This document shows positions 49,270 through 61,778 of a stretch of DNA of 64,000 nucleotides, piece after piece. Source of the stretch: Selaginella moellendorffii (lineage: Eukaryota; Plantae; Lycopodiophyta). The number at the start of each line of letters is the position of its first letter. The first letter of the stretch is position 1. Where the stretch lies: NCBI RefSeq assembly GCF_000143415.4, contig NW_003314268.1:2496494-2560493 (forward strand). The letters run 5' to 3'. A program made the position numbers and the translations under genes. The notes beneath the pieces are model-generated. The model had not been told where the DNA came from, searched no databases, and saw only the letters and a list, made by a program, of their open reading frames with translations.

Positions 49270-49532
49270 CCGCGATAAACCCTAAACCTAGCACCATCCA
49301 ACGCCCCTGTTTGAATTACTCCATCCGACGGCTCATAAGAGCCCGCGCAACAATCTTCGAAAAGTTTCTACACCAAGCTATCTTTCTTCCACGTGTGGTG
49401 TGCTGCTGTTTGGTAAATCGCCAAGAAATCTGATATGGTTTTGGGAATTGCGTGGACGTCTCGAATTGAGCATAAAACGCGAAGGCAGAGATCGATTTGG
49501 GCGAGAAATATATCAGAGTTAGTTTTTAAACG

Positions 49533-50820
49533 ATGAAGAAGTATTTGTTTATGATTTTGCTCCTGGCCACCCATATCATTGCGCAAAAGTTCCCGGCACT
49601 GATTATCTTTGGCGATTCAGTTGTGGATTATGGCAATAACAACAACTTCGCGATTCCTTTCACGATTGCAAGGGCAAACCATTCACCGTATGGAAGGCTT
49701 ATCAACAATGGGGTTCCCACGGGCCGATATGCGGATGGCTACACACTCCCAGACTTCATAGGTAGAGTTCTCAACTTTTAGATCTTGTTCTATGTTATAA
49801 TCCTATGGATTTGTTTGTTCCTCAGCTTTGAGACAAGGTTATCAGCCTCCCTTGGCATATCTCGATCCAGCTTCGACATGTACAAATCTTCTTCGAGGCT
49901 CAAACTTGGCGTCCGGAGGTGCCGCAATAATCGACACAAACTCTTTGATTCTCGTGAGACAATTGACAATGAATTTCAGTTTATCTTCGTCTAATGGCTT
50001 TATTTCTACTAGACACCGTACACCATGACTGTTCAGCTTGGTTGGCTCCAAACATACATCCAAACCCTCCAAAACTGTGTGGGAAACACCCAAGCCAACT
50101 CCATCATCTCCAAAGCACTCTACATCTTTAGCGTCGGATCCAACGATTTCTCCTACAAAGGCCTCAACCCGGCAGTCTCTGGCCTAAGCGACGCCCAGTA
50201 CCGGCAGCTGCTCATAGACACGTACAGGAGCGAACTCCAGGTACATGAGTCTACAGTCCCCTGTGAACTCCGGGAGCATTGTCTAATTCCGCATGAACTT
50301 CTCAGACTGCCTACAACCTTGGTGCTCGAAACTTCTTTGTGTTCTCTCTTGGTCCACTCGGCTGCACTCCAATCACCCTCACTCTCCAGTGCGGACCATA
50401 TCCTTCAGCTTGCAGAAACAATTGCAACGAGACCACAAATCAGCTGGTTTACGCTTTCGATCTAGCGCTCCAGGCAATGCTCCAGAATCTCCAGAGCACT
50501 CTGGCCGGTTCCACCTTCTACTACAGTCTTGCTGCTTATAACGTTACCTATGATGCTGTGAAAAACCCAGGAAAATATGGTGGGCATTTGTCTGATGTTT
50601 CTGGTTGATTACTAAATCTTGCTTGTTGTGTGTAGGTTTGAGCGTGGTTGACAGAGGTTGCTGCGGCTTAGGCTACACAGAGATTGGCGATGGATGCAAC
50701 GTGTACTCTTTTGGGACGTGCTCGAATGCGTCACCTTATATTTTCTTTGACGCCATTCATCCGACGTCCAGCTTCACACAGAAGCTGGCACCAGGAACAT
50801 ACACACTCCTAGGAATCTAA
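49533..50820 (+). CDS. GDSL esterase/lipase, tandem copy 1 (5 exons)
   Basis: Signal peptide, FGDSVVDYGNN, PTGRYADG, NLASGGA, VGSNDF, PLGCTP, GCCG, FFDAIHPT. Confidence 0.95.
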
Positions 50821-51217
50821 CTACTGGACATGTAGTTTTGTCTTGTACTTTAAAAATAAGTATACTAGAATATTCTAGCATACATTAAAGAAATGATTAA
50901 ATATAGCTAATTAAATAAAACTTCATAAAATTCTCTTCGGTCGTTTCTGCAATAATGTTTGGTAGCTTTGACTTCTTTGATATAAGTTGTACCATATACC
51001 TCTTGCTATACGAAGGAAACAAGCAGCTATACATTTAGCGGCCAAAGCCAAACTTTCCGCACGCGGCACCCCCTTTCCTTCAAATATGGAGACCCCAAAG
51101 TCAACGCTTATCTTCCACCAATTTCTGTTTGGTAATCACCAAGTGATTATAGGTCCTATTAAACACCACAAAACTCAACTAGCTGCAGCTGAATCCTCAA
51201 TCTAGCACTAGCAGAGA

Positions 51218-52512
51218 ATGAAGAAAGTTTTGAGCTATTTCGTTGCGCTTCTAGTGCTGTTTGCCGTGATCCAAACCTCCGCGCAAAAGTTCCCCGCCAT
51301 TATAATCCTTGGCGATTCCATCGTCGACTACGGCAACAATAACAATTTCACAATCCCCTTCACCATCGCAAGAGCAAATCACTCGCCATACGGGAGGCTC
51401 ATCAACAATGGAGTTCCAACCGGCCGGTATGCTGATGGATACACACTTCCAGACTTTATAGGTATATCTCCACGATATAATCTCGGTAGTATCAATAACA
51501 AACGTTTGCTTAGCCTTGAGACAGGGTTATCAGCCTCCCCTGGCTTACCTTGATCCAGCTTCAACATGTATAAATCTTGCTCGCGGTGCCAACTTAGCAT
51601 CTGGAGGTGCCGGGATCATTGATTCAAATTCTTTGATTCTTGTAAGCACATATTTCTTATGTTTCATAATTTTAACTTGTGTATCTTCCTTGAATCACAG
51701 ACACCGTACACCATGTCTGTTCAGCTGGGCTGGCTCCAAACTTACATCCAAAACCTCCGAAATTGTGTGGGAGGCACCCAGGCCAATTCGACCATCTCCA
51801 GGGCCCTCTTCATCTTTAGCGTTGGATCCAATGATTTCTCTTACAAGAATCTCAACCCGGCCGTCGCTGGCCTTAGCGATGCGCAGTACCGGCAGCTGCT
51901 CGTAAACACGTACAGGAACCTGCTCCAGGTATATGTTTATGCGTACGGACGCGTGAACATTTTGTCTAATTTCGTACGCGTTTTTCTAGGCTGCCTACCA
52001 GCTTGGTGCTCGAAACTTCTTCGTGTTTGCTCTTGGGCCACTCGGCTGCACTCCAATCTCCATCACTCTCCAGTGTGGAGCATTTCCAAATTCATTTTGC
52101 AGAAGGAACTGTAACGAGGGCACGAATCAACTGGTGTACGCTTTCAATCTCGCGCTCCAGGCAATGATTCAGAATCTCCAAAGCACACTGGCCGGTTCAA
52201 AGTTCTACTTCACCGTTGATGCTTACAACGTTACCTATGATGCCGTGAAAAACCCTGCAAAATACGGTAAGTTGTTTCTAAAGGCAAAGTATCACACGAC
52301 ATTATCAACATCTTTGGTGGTTTCAAGGTTTGAGGGTAGTTGATAGAGGCTGCTGTGGATTTGGCTACACAGAGATTGGCGATGGATGCAATAGATTCTC
52401 GTTTGGGACGTGCTCCAATGCGTTGCCTTTCATTTTCTTCGATGCCATTCATCCAACGTCCAGCTTCACACAGAAGCTCGCACCAGGAACTTACACACTC
52501 CTGGGAATCTAA
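51218..52512 (+). CDS. GDSL esterase/lipase, tandem copy 2 (5 exons)
   Basis: LGDSIVDYGNN, VGSNDF and FFDAIHPT, with the same exon structure as copy 1. Confidence 0.95.
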
Positions 52513-52830
52513 CTAGTGGACTTGCTAGAATATTTTAGCATACTGTATATTCATTAAATAAATATAGAAAAAAAATTAAATAAATAAAACTTTGCAAATT
52601 CTGCTAAAGGGATGTTTAAATTTGTGATATACCTTGCGACAGGAAGGAAACAAGCCACATTAAATTAAAAAAGACTTTTTAGCTGCTTTCGTGATTTCCG
52701 CACGCGGCATCAAATATGGAGACCCCAAAGTCAAGGCTTACCCACCAATTTCTGTTTGGTAATCACCAATGATTATAGATCCTATTAATCACCAGAAAAC
52801 TCATCACAACTCCTCTAGCACTAGCAGAGA

Positions 52831-54114
52831 ATGAAGAAAGCTTTGAGCTATTTCGTTGCGCTTCTAGTGCTGTTTGCCGTGATCCAAACCTCCGCACAAA
52901 AGTTCCCTGCCATTATAATCCTTGGCGATTCCATTGTCGACTACGGCAACAATAACAATTTCACAATCCCCTTCACCATCGCAAGAGCAAATCACTTGCC
53001 ATTTGGGAGGCTCATTAACAATGGAGTTCCAACCGGCCGGTTTGCTGATGGATACATACTTCCAGACTTTATAGGTATATTCTCCGCGATATAATCTCAG
53101 TAGTACAAACGTTTGTTTAGCCTCGAGACAGGGTTATCAGCCTCCCAAGGCTTACCTTGATCCAGCTTCAACATGTACAAATCTTGCTCGCGGCACCAAC
53201 TTAGCATCTGGAGGTGCCGGGATCATTGATTCAAATTCTTTGATTCTTGTAAGTACATATTTCTTAGGCTTTCCTGCTTGTTTCATATAATTTTAACTTG
53301 TGCATCTTCCTTGATCACAGACACCGTACACCATGTCTGTTCAGCTGGGCTGGCTCCAAACTTACATCCGAAACCTCCGAAATTGTGTGGGAGGCACCCA
53401 GGCCAATTCGACCATCTCCAGGGCCCTCTTCATCTTTAGCGTTGGATCCAATGATTTCTCTGACGAGACGGAAGCCGCTGGCCTTAGCGATGCGCAGTAC
53501 CGGCAGCTGCTCGTAAACACGTACAGGAAGCTGCTCCAAGTATATGTTTATGTGTACGGACGCTTGAACATTTTGTCTAATTCCGTACGCATTTTTCTAG
53601 GCTGCCTACCAGCTTGGTGCTCGAAACTTCTTCGTGTTTGCAATTGGGCCACTCGGCTGCACTCCAATCTCCATCACTCTCCAGTGTGGAGCATTTCCAA
53701 ATTCATTTTGCAGAAGGAACTGTAACGAGGGCACGAATCAACTGGTGTACGCTTTCAATCTCGCGCTCCAGGCAATGATTCAGAATCTCCAAAGCACACT
53801 GGCCGGTTCAAAGTTCTACTTCACCCTTGGTGCTTACACCCTTACCTATGATGCCGTGAAAAACCCTAAAAAATACGGTAAGTTGTTTCTAATCACACGA
53901 CATTATCAACATCTTTTGGTGATTTCAAGGATTGAGGGTAGTTGATAGAGGCTGCTGTGGATCTGGCTACACGGAGGTTGGCGATGGATGCAATAAATTC
54001 TCGTCTGGGACGTGCTCCAATGCGTCGCCTTTCATTTTCTTCGATGCCATTCATCCAACGTCCAGCTTCCTGCAAAAGTTCTTGCCAGGAACTTACACGC
54101 TGTTGGGAATCTAG
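52831..54114 (+). CDS. GDSL esterase/lipase, tandem copy 3 (5 exons)
   Basis: LGDSIVDYGNN, VGSNDF and FFDAIHPT; near-identical to copy 2. Confidence 0.95.
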
Positions 54115-54261
54115 TAACTTCATTTGTATGGAGCGCAAAACAGAAGAGGAAAGAAATAAACTCAAAAACTCATTCATGTCACAAAGAATGGGAATGAGAT
54201 TACCAAAAGTTTAGCTACATGGTTATTTGTTTCAAAGAAGCAAAAGACTTTGTAGACAAGA

Positions 54262-56161
54262 TCATACCACGATTGGTGGCGGTGATCTAAGAGCCTCCTC
54301 GCCAGGACCCGGGTGAGAATCGACCTTTCGTTTCAGCTTGTCCAGTGTCGCAGCCACGCTCTTGGCCTCTTGACGGAGTCGTTCTAGAGTCTTCAGCAGT
54401 TCTTCCGATTTCTAGACATCACAAACTAGGAGTGTGAGCTTGAAACCAAACAACAAACAAAAGGATAACGAAAGAAGAAGATCGATACGTACCTGTCTTT
54501 GTTCCTTGAGGACGCTCTTCCTGGAGCCGCAGCAGAAGAGACTCTCGGTGTACTCGGTTCGCGTCGCACTGGACTCGTCTCCGACCTGAGAGAGCGGTCA
54601 GAACAATCGAGTTTTCGAAGACTGCTCCATGGTCGACTCTTTTATGTCCGACGATTGATGCAGTAAAGGAGAATCATACTTAGCAGGCACGTCAAACTCA
54701 CCAAGTTGCCTCGCAGGTTGTGGTGTCCCCTCGAGCTCCACATTCCTGCCTGAGTTGCCGCTGGCGGTGGAGTTGCCTCGGAGGATGCTTCTGCTGCCAT
54801 GGAGCTTCGAATTTCCGTGTGGGACGAGCTCTCCGTTGTTGCTTCTGCTGCCTTGGTGTGACGCCTCAAATCCGATGCTGCTGCTGCTGTTTCCAGACTT
54901 TCTTCTACGATCTCGTCCTCTTCCTTGAAGAGCTTTCTTGCGGGAAGTGTTTCAGCAAGTGATGAAACACGCTTGGAAAAGAATCTGTTGGTAATGTCAG
55001 AACACTGGCCGTGGTTGTCCCTGAAGTAACCGAATTGGCCATCTGTGAATGGAGCGGCCGCTCCTTCCCGTGGCCTGGAACTTTCAGGAGTGTCCACCTC
55101 GCCTGGTAGAGGTTTCTTGGCCCTGTAGCTGCTAAAACTGAATTCTTCTCTCGAGTCTTTCCTGAGCCTGCTTAGAAGTCCATCCAAACTTTCAGAAACC
55201 TGCGACCTCTCTCGCTCGAACGGCCTCCGGCCCCTCAAGATGCTCATCAAGTCCGACTCTGGAGTAACGTGAAACTTCCTCCCAGTTTGCAAACCCGGTT
55301 GAAACACATCGCTCTCCCGCGTTTGCCGATCCTCCGAAAACATACTTTTCCTGTCCACTCTTTTGTTCTGGTACTTCTCCCTTGCCGATTCTAAGTCTGC
55401 GTTCCACCTGGATCGCCTCGTCCGTATATCCTGCGTTAGCGACGTAACTCTCGCTCTCGCCTTCTCCCGAAACATCTGAAGCCTTTCCTGTTCTGTTTTC
55501 AGGAAATCGGTCTGTGACTTGCTAGCATCCTCCGTCTTACGTCTTAAGGACTCCTGTGAGTAGCACCTGGAACAGTAAGACTTGGAGCGTTCAATGTCGA
55601 ATGATCTACGCAGACTTCTGTCCGAAAGACAGGCATATGCCTGCGAAAGAAAAGTAAGTTCCCGTTTGGTTTTTCTCTCCTCACTACTTACCTCCGAGAC
55701 AAGCTTGAACGCTTCCTCCGATTTTGCATTTTTGTTCTTGTCCGGATGCAATAAAAGAGCTAGAAAACGCTAAAGTCAATTTGCTTATTTGCCTAAAAAG
55801 CGAAGGAACTTACCAAGCTGACGATATCTCTTCTTGATCGCGATGGAATCGGCCTCCTCATCCACCTACAGCAAAAGATTTGTCAAAAAAATGGGACTGG
55901 AGCGTCGATTTCTACCTGGAGCACGCGGTACCAATCTGGATTTCTCGGTCTCGGAACCTGCATTCTACACGAACACCTCCAAATCGCTGCCTGGCACACT
56001 TGCGCAATCGCGGCGAGCTCAGAGATCCCACCCATGGTCGGGCGGAGCCTCTCGACTCGTCCTAGCAGCGACAGCGCCCGGTCATAGCTCCCATCCCTCA
56101 AGCAGTGGCGAGCTTGCTCGAGAAAGCTGCTCGCGTAGTCGTCCTCGATCTTCCCAGCCAT
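54262..56161 (-). CDS. DnaJ (J-domain) protein, multi-exon
   Basis: DWYRVLQ|VDEEADSIAIKKRYRQL|..LLHPDKNKNAKSEEAFKLVSE|AYACLSD..RRSFD, followed by a long charged C-terminus. Confidence 0.88.
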
Positions 56162-56619
56162 CGCTAAATCTACGCCTCAATGCTCATTCTCGGAAATATT
56201 TCGATGCTAGAGTCGAAAACCTACACCATCGACGCTGCGAAGATTTTCATGGAGCCCGCCCCTTTCCCTTCGCCGGTACTGTGAATGAGCTACCTGAATC
56301 ACGAATCCTGGACGACGCGATTGAGCGTCTTCCAATCCTTGTCGCCGTGGATCGACCTAGGAAGAAGTGTTCGTCCTATCGAGCTCTCTTCCGTCCGATA
56401 GCCTGGATCGGACAGCCTTTATCTGGACGAGTGGATTATCAAGCTAGCCGTTGGATCTGTCACATCGGAGGGTGGAGCTTCTACTGGTTACCGTTATAGC
56501 CTTATGCAAACCGTGTAAACGGAAAAGGAGGAAGTAGACTTAACTGTAACTAGCGGAATATTCTCCTCCATTGGGGTGTAGAGGGGGTTTAGGGTTCTTC
56601 GTCTGGGCGGGAGCGTCCA

Positions 56620-59600
56620 ATGTAAGTCTCTGGAAAATTTCGCGTGGTTGATCGATGTGCGGCGCGCTTGCTAGGGAGGATCTCGATCCCGACACATTTA
56701 GGATCCTGATCGCGACGGATTGTCATCTGGGGTATTTGGAGAAGGATGAGATTCGGCGCCAGGATTCTTTCAGGACATTCGATGAAATATGCCGGATTGC
56801 TTTCGAGCGCCAGGTGAGATATGTGACTTTGTGCAGCAAGTTGAATTGATTTGGAGTGGAGGCCAGGTCGATTTTATGCTCCTGGGAGGGGATTTGTTCC
56901 ATGAAAATCGTCCGTCGTCTACCACGCTGGTGAAGACGATCGATATTCTTCGTCGCTATTGCCTCAACGATCTGCCGGTCCAATTCCAAGTCGTGAGCGA
57001 TCAGACCATCAACTTCCCAAACAAGTATGTGTCTTTCCTTTCTTTTTCTCAACAGACTTACAATTGTCTTTTACTCAGGTTTGGCCATGTTAACTACGAA
57101 GATGCGCACTACAATGTTGGCCTTCCGGTGTTCACCATCCATGGGAATCACGACGATCCTGCTGGAGTGGTAAGAGTTTCCGATGCATAAGCTCGTGGTT
57201 TTCACGAAGTACGTTTTGTACAGGACAACATATCAGCGATTGACATCCTGGCTTCTTCAAATCTAGTGAACTACTTTGGGAAGGTCGACCTTGGTGGCTC
57301 TGGTGTTGGAAAAATAGCACTACATCCCATTCTTCTTCGAAAGGTAACTTTTTTCAGACCGTCTCTCATTTAACTATTATCTCTTCCCTATTTCTCTTAT
57401 GCAGGGCTTAACAAAGATAGCTTTGTATGGTCTGGGTAATATCCGTGATGAACGTTTGAATCGGATTTTTCAGGTCTAGAAGTGAAGTCTTAAGTTTAGT
57501 GCTAAAGTATCTTCTTTTGGTTTTCAGACCCCAGAAGGTGTTCAATGGAAGCGACCGGCAGATCATGCGGACTGTCCATCATCTGAGTGGTTCAATATGT
57601 TTGTGTTGCATCAAAACAGGTATCAAAATTCTGGCGTGGTTTAATAATTCCGGTATATTTTAGAGTAAAGACAAATCCGAAGAACGCCATCAATGAGCAT
57701 TTCCTTGCTCGTTTTCTGGATTTTGTTGTCTGGGGTCACGAGCACGAGTGCATAGTGGACCCACAGGTTGATCACCCTGATTTGTTGTTGCGGATCGTCA
57801 CTTATGTTCTACTCTGTAGGAAGTTCCCGGGATGGGATTCCACGTCACGCAGCCAGGTTCTTCTGTTGCAACCGCATTGACGGATGGTGAAGCTCAGCCT
57901 AAGCATGTCCTCCAATTGGAAATCAAGGTTTTGAAGATTTACTTATCTGTATTTCGAATTCTAATATCTCTGCAGGGGAATAAATATCGACCAACGAAGG
58001 TTCCACTCAAAACCGTCAGGCCTTTTGAATTTACTGATGTAAGTGAACGTGCTTCAATCGTCATATTTTTTAAGTTGGTTGCCTGCAGGTGGTCTTGAAG
58101 GATATAGAAGGCATTGATCCAAGCGACCAAACTTCTGTTCTTTCTCATCTGGGTGAAGTGGCAAGTGTTTAAATTTTTGTTGCCTTGGACGCTTACGAAA
58201 GTGCCTTTTACAGGTGCAAGATCTTATTACTACTGCTGTTGCCAAGTCTCAGTCTCAAGAGAGCATGCTCCCTCTCATCCGTGTCAGGGTAAAGGATTAT
58301 TTTTGAAAGTACACCGAAAGACTAGTTTGTGATATTTTTGCAGGTGGATTACACAGATTGCACTACTATAAATCCTCAAAAATTTGGACAAAAGTTTGTC
58401 GGCAAGGTTTGCAGTCCTACAGCTCTTTTTCACTAAGATAAAACTCACCGAATTGCAGGTTGCTAATCCGCATGACATTCTGATTTTTACCAAGTCTTCA
58501 AAGAAAAAACAGCGACTTGACGGTAATATCTCTATTGTTATTCCCTCGTCGGGGAATGAAAGCTTTCCTTGAGCAGCTTCTGGAAGCGAAAAAGAACTTC
58601 TTGCACCTGAGGAGCTAAACCAGCAAAATATTGAGGCTCTGGTAGCCGAGAGTAATTTGGTTGGTCGCCGTAGCACAGAGATCAGATTTGCCTACTAACA
58701 ATCGCGTCGATTGCAGAAAATGGAGATTCTACCGGTGTCAGTCCTTGGTTTGGCATTGCACGACTTTGTGAACAAAGATGACAAGCAGGCGTTCCAGTCG
58801 TGTGTGGAGCACACGCTTCAAGAAACGCAGGTAAACTTTCACCAAATCATACTGGACAAAGCTGTGACACCATTTTATCATAATCTAGAAAAAGCTTCTC
58901 GAGGACGAAGAGGTGGAACTAATGGATGAAAGCGAGATTGTGGAGAAGGTCACCGAACACATGCAGGTAGTTAAAACCTCAAAGCTTGACTCTCTGTAAT
59001 GCCTATTCTGTGATAGGACCCACGCAATCAAGCACCTAGTGTGTCACTAGCGGATGCAGTTCGGCCGTGGTCGCAAGTCACACAATCTAAAGGCTCGACT
59101 TCTGGCCAGAGACGAACTGTTGATATCGACGATGATGACGATTTTGGTATCTCGGGAACTACAGTGGTAACGAAAGCGAGCAAAGCTAAAGCTACAAAAG
59201 CCACCGCTACGAGAAAGTCAAGAGCTTCTGCCGCTGCTGTTGGTGATGATGACGACGATGAGGATGACGCGCCAACCGGCCGCGGACGAGGTCGTGGTCG
59301 AGGAAGGGGCCGAGGCAGAGGAAAACAAAACATGAAACAAACGACGCTAGACACCGCGATTGGAGCACGTCCCAGACGGTATACATTTATTCTTCCATCA
59401 AAGTTTCTACGACGGCTTTCCATACAGGTCTAGTAGTCGTGCTGCTGCAACCGCAGCAACAGCAGCAGACAGTGATGAAGAAGACGTCGCTGCATCATCA
59501 GCGAATGACGAGCCCGAAGACCCAGAGAGTGACGCGGTAAGTAGCAATTTCTTCTCGTTCTTCTCTCCTCACAAGTGTGGTTTGATAGGAGCCGACTCCG

Positions 59601-59871
59601 ACCAAAGGAAGAAAGCGGGCCGCATCAACGTCAAGAGGGCGAGGCAGAGGCCAAAGCACTCCAAAGCGAGGAAGAACACAATCGTCCAAGTCGAGGTCCG
59701 TGGACGACGAGGACAACGACGAAGTGGAGAACGAGCACGACAGCGATGGCGATGTTCAACTGACAACATCCACGAGAGGTTCTCAGGTTGGAATTCTTTC
59801 CTGTTCTTCCTGGACCGTGCAGATAACTTGGTTTTCCACAGGCTCGAAAATGGGGACCAGCAAGAAAGTGA
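56620..59871 (+). CDS. MRE11: Double-strand break repair nuclease MRE11, ~20 exons
   Basis: RILIATDCHLGY, LLGGDLFHEN, IHGNHDDP, WGHEHEC, QPGSSVAT, GKVANP and a GRGRGR GAR motif. Start is either the intron-split AT|G at 56620 or ATG 56655. Confidence 0.97.
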
Positions 59872-59898
59872 CTCTGAATCTCGCATTCCCAGCTTGTA

Positions 59899-61560
59899 TC
59901 AAGGCAAGTCCTCATAATCTGTCTCCGATGCACTTGGAGTCCTTTCTGTCTCGTAATCGTCCTCGTCTATATCTTCTTCTTCGCCTTCATCCTCCTCGTC
60001 GTTGTCAGCGTCCGAGAAAGAGAGATCATCTTCGTACTCGCTCTCGTCGTCCTCATCATCCGTGTCCTGCGCGTCCACAACGATGCTGACCTTGTTATAC
60101 CGCGACTGGAGCTTGAGCAAGCTCGTGCAAAACGTTCCGCTGGGGCGCTCCAGCAAGCTGAGCCGCAACGTCGACAAGGTATCGCACTCGAGAATACTTG
60201 ACAGCAAGCTGATCGCGTTCTTGTTTCCACTGTCAGCGACTAAAGTAACGTCCTCGAGCGGTGGCCGCGAATGCATCAACGGTTCGGACAAGCTACCGAC
60301 TTGCAAGGCCTGGCAAATCACATCAGAGAGCTGTAACTTCCGAGCAAGACTAAAGCATCGACAGACCTCAAACATATCCAGCCCGATCTTGAGTGTTCGC
60401 AGCTCCGTGAAGCCTTCGAACATATCCGGGAACGAGAACGGCTGCTTCCGGTGGTGGTGGCCGAGCTTCAGCCTCATGGAGATCTCGCGAGCGTGCTTCG
60501 CCATGTCCAGGAACTGGTAGATCCCGCTCGACGGCCAGCCTTTGCTCGCGAGCTCCAACACCTTCAAAGATGGCGGCCGCTTAAACACGGGCTTGAAGTA
60601 GCAGAGCGCCCGGAGCTCCACCAGCGTGGCTCCGTCGAGATGGACCTCCTTGACGCAGTCGACCGCGAGGCTGGCGAGCCTGGGGCACGCGAGCTTGAGG
60701 CAGCGCAGCGGCGTCTCGTCCACGTAGAAGCAGTTCTCCTTCTTGGGCTTCCACACGAGCTTGAAGTGGAGAAGGGTGGCGGCGGCGAGGCTGGGAGCTT
60801 CCAGGCCGAAGAGATGGAGGGCCTCGAGATCTTCCAGCACCGGGCACAGGCTCACGAACTTCTCCAGCTTGGAATCGTTCATGAGCATGTCCTGGAAGAC
60901 GCACCTTCGCAAGCTCGGGAAGATGATGGCGCCACCATTCTCATCCTCGATCTCAAACTTGGAGCACTGGCAGCCGCAAACTCCACCCATCTCGTCCACG
61001 AACTCGAGGCTGCGGAGCTTGTGGCAGCTCGCGAGCCCGCGGACGAGCGCGCCGCTAAAGTCGAATCGGCCCCGGAAGTGGAACACCTCGAGGGAGTGGC
61101 GGAGATTGGTGGCCCAGGAGTACAGGAACTGCTCGCCGCTGGAGCTGCGGCACACGAGGCGATCGATGAGGAGCTCCCGGAGGCCCGAGCAGCGCTCCAG
61201 CATCCGCGAGTAAATCTGGAGCATCTCGCCCGTGGATCGCCGCCGCCCCCCGGCGCCATCGCCGCGGTGGTGATCGCTGCCGCTACAGCTGCTGCTGCCG
61301 CTGATCTCGCTGCTCGATTCGCTATTCAGGCTCGAGCCGCAAGTACCTCGGTGGTCGAAATCGCCGAAGAAGTCGAGGCGGAGGACGTGAACGCCCGTGG
61401 AGGAGTAGCGCCACCGGCGGCACACGGTCGCCGCCTGGGCAATGCGCCGCGCCTCGACGAGCTTGGAGAGAATGGAGGAGACGATGCTGTCCGGGATCAC
61501 GTCGATGCTGCCGCTGCTGCCGCTGGAGCTGCCGCCGAATTCCTCCTCGCCCTCCGCCAT
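59899..61560 (-). CDS. F-box / RNI-like LRR protein with acidic C-terminal tail (one intron ~60312-60365)
   Basis: F-box IDVIPDSIVSSILSKL...AATVCRRWR, LRR-like repeats (CPVLEDL, CPRLASL), D/E-rich end. Confidence 0.88.
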   Translation of the reverse strand: MAEGEEEFGGSSSGSSGSIDVIPDSIVSSILSKLVEARRIAQAATVCRRWRYSSTGVHVLRLDFFGDFDHRGTCGSSLNSESSSEISGSSSCSGSDHHRGDGAGGRRRSTGEMLQIYSRMLERCSGLRELLIDRLVCRSSSGEQFLYSWATNLRHSLEVFHFRGRFDFSGALVRGLASCHKLRSLEFVDEMGGVCGCQCSKFEIEDENGGAIIFPSLRRCVFQDMLMNDSKLEKFVSLCPVLEDLEALHLFGLEAPSLAAATLLHFKLVWKPKKENCFYVDETPLRCLKLACPRLASLAVDCVKEVHLDGATLVELRALCYFKPVFKRPPSLKVLELASKGWPSSGIYQFLDMAKHAREISMRLKLGHHHRKQPFSFPDMFEGFTELRTLKIGLDMFEVCRCFSLARKLQLSDVICQALQVGSLSEPLMHSRPPLEDVTLVADSGNKNAISLLSSILECDTLSTLRLSLLERPSGTFCTSLLKLQSRYNKVSIVVDAQDTDDEDDESEYEDDLSFSDADNDEEDEGEEEDIDEDDYETERTPSASETDYEDLP

Positions 61561-61619
61561 AGCTGCGAGCTTCCCCAGCACTAGGGTTTCTCCTTATAGC
61601 CGAATGACCTGGCGCCAAG

Positions 61620-61760
61620 AGCGCTTGACGTGGAGTAAACGTGAACGCCACGTAGGAAGATTAACGGCCAATTAGCGCGTGACGTGTGCGAAACGGAGCG
61701 ACGCGTGGACATAAAGTAAGTATGACGTGGCATTCAAATGAAGCTATGACGTGGCATAGA
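61620..61760. promoter_or_regulatory. Cluster of ACGT/G-box (TGACGTGG) elements in the divergent promoter
   Basis: TGACGTGG at ~61626, CCACGT at ~61648, TGACGTGT at ~61680, and TATGACGTGGCAT duplicated at 61721-61733 and 61745-61757. Confidence 0.55.
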
Positions 61761-61778
61761 AATGTATGCTAGGGCAAA

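Noticed and set aside
55834-56499. 221-aa plus-strand ORF
   Set aside because: Overlaps the DnaJ exon 1 antisense and the promoter, starts with TTG, and has no recognisable motif.
60451-61584. 377-aa plus-strand ORF
   Set aside because: Antisense shadow of the GC3-rich F-box gene; no domain recognised.
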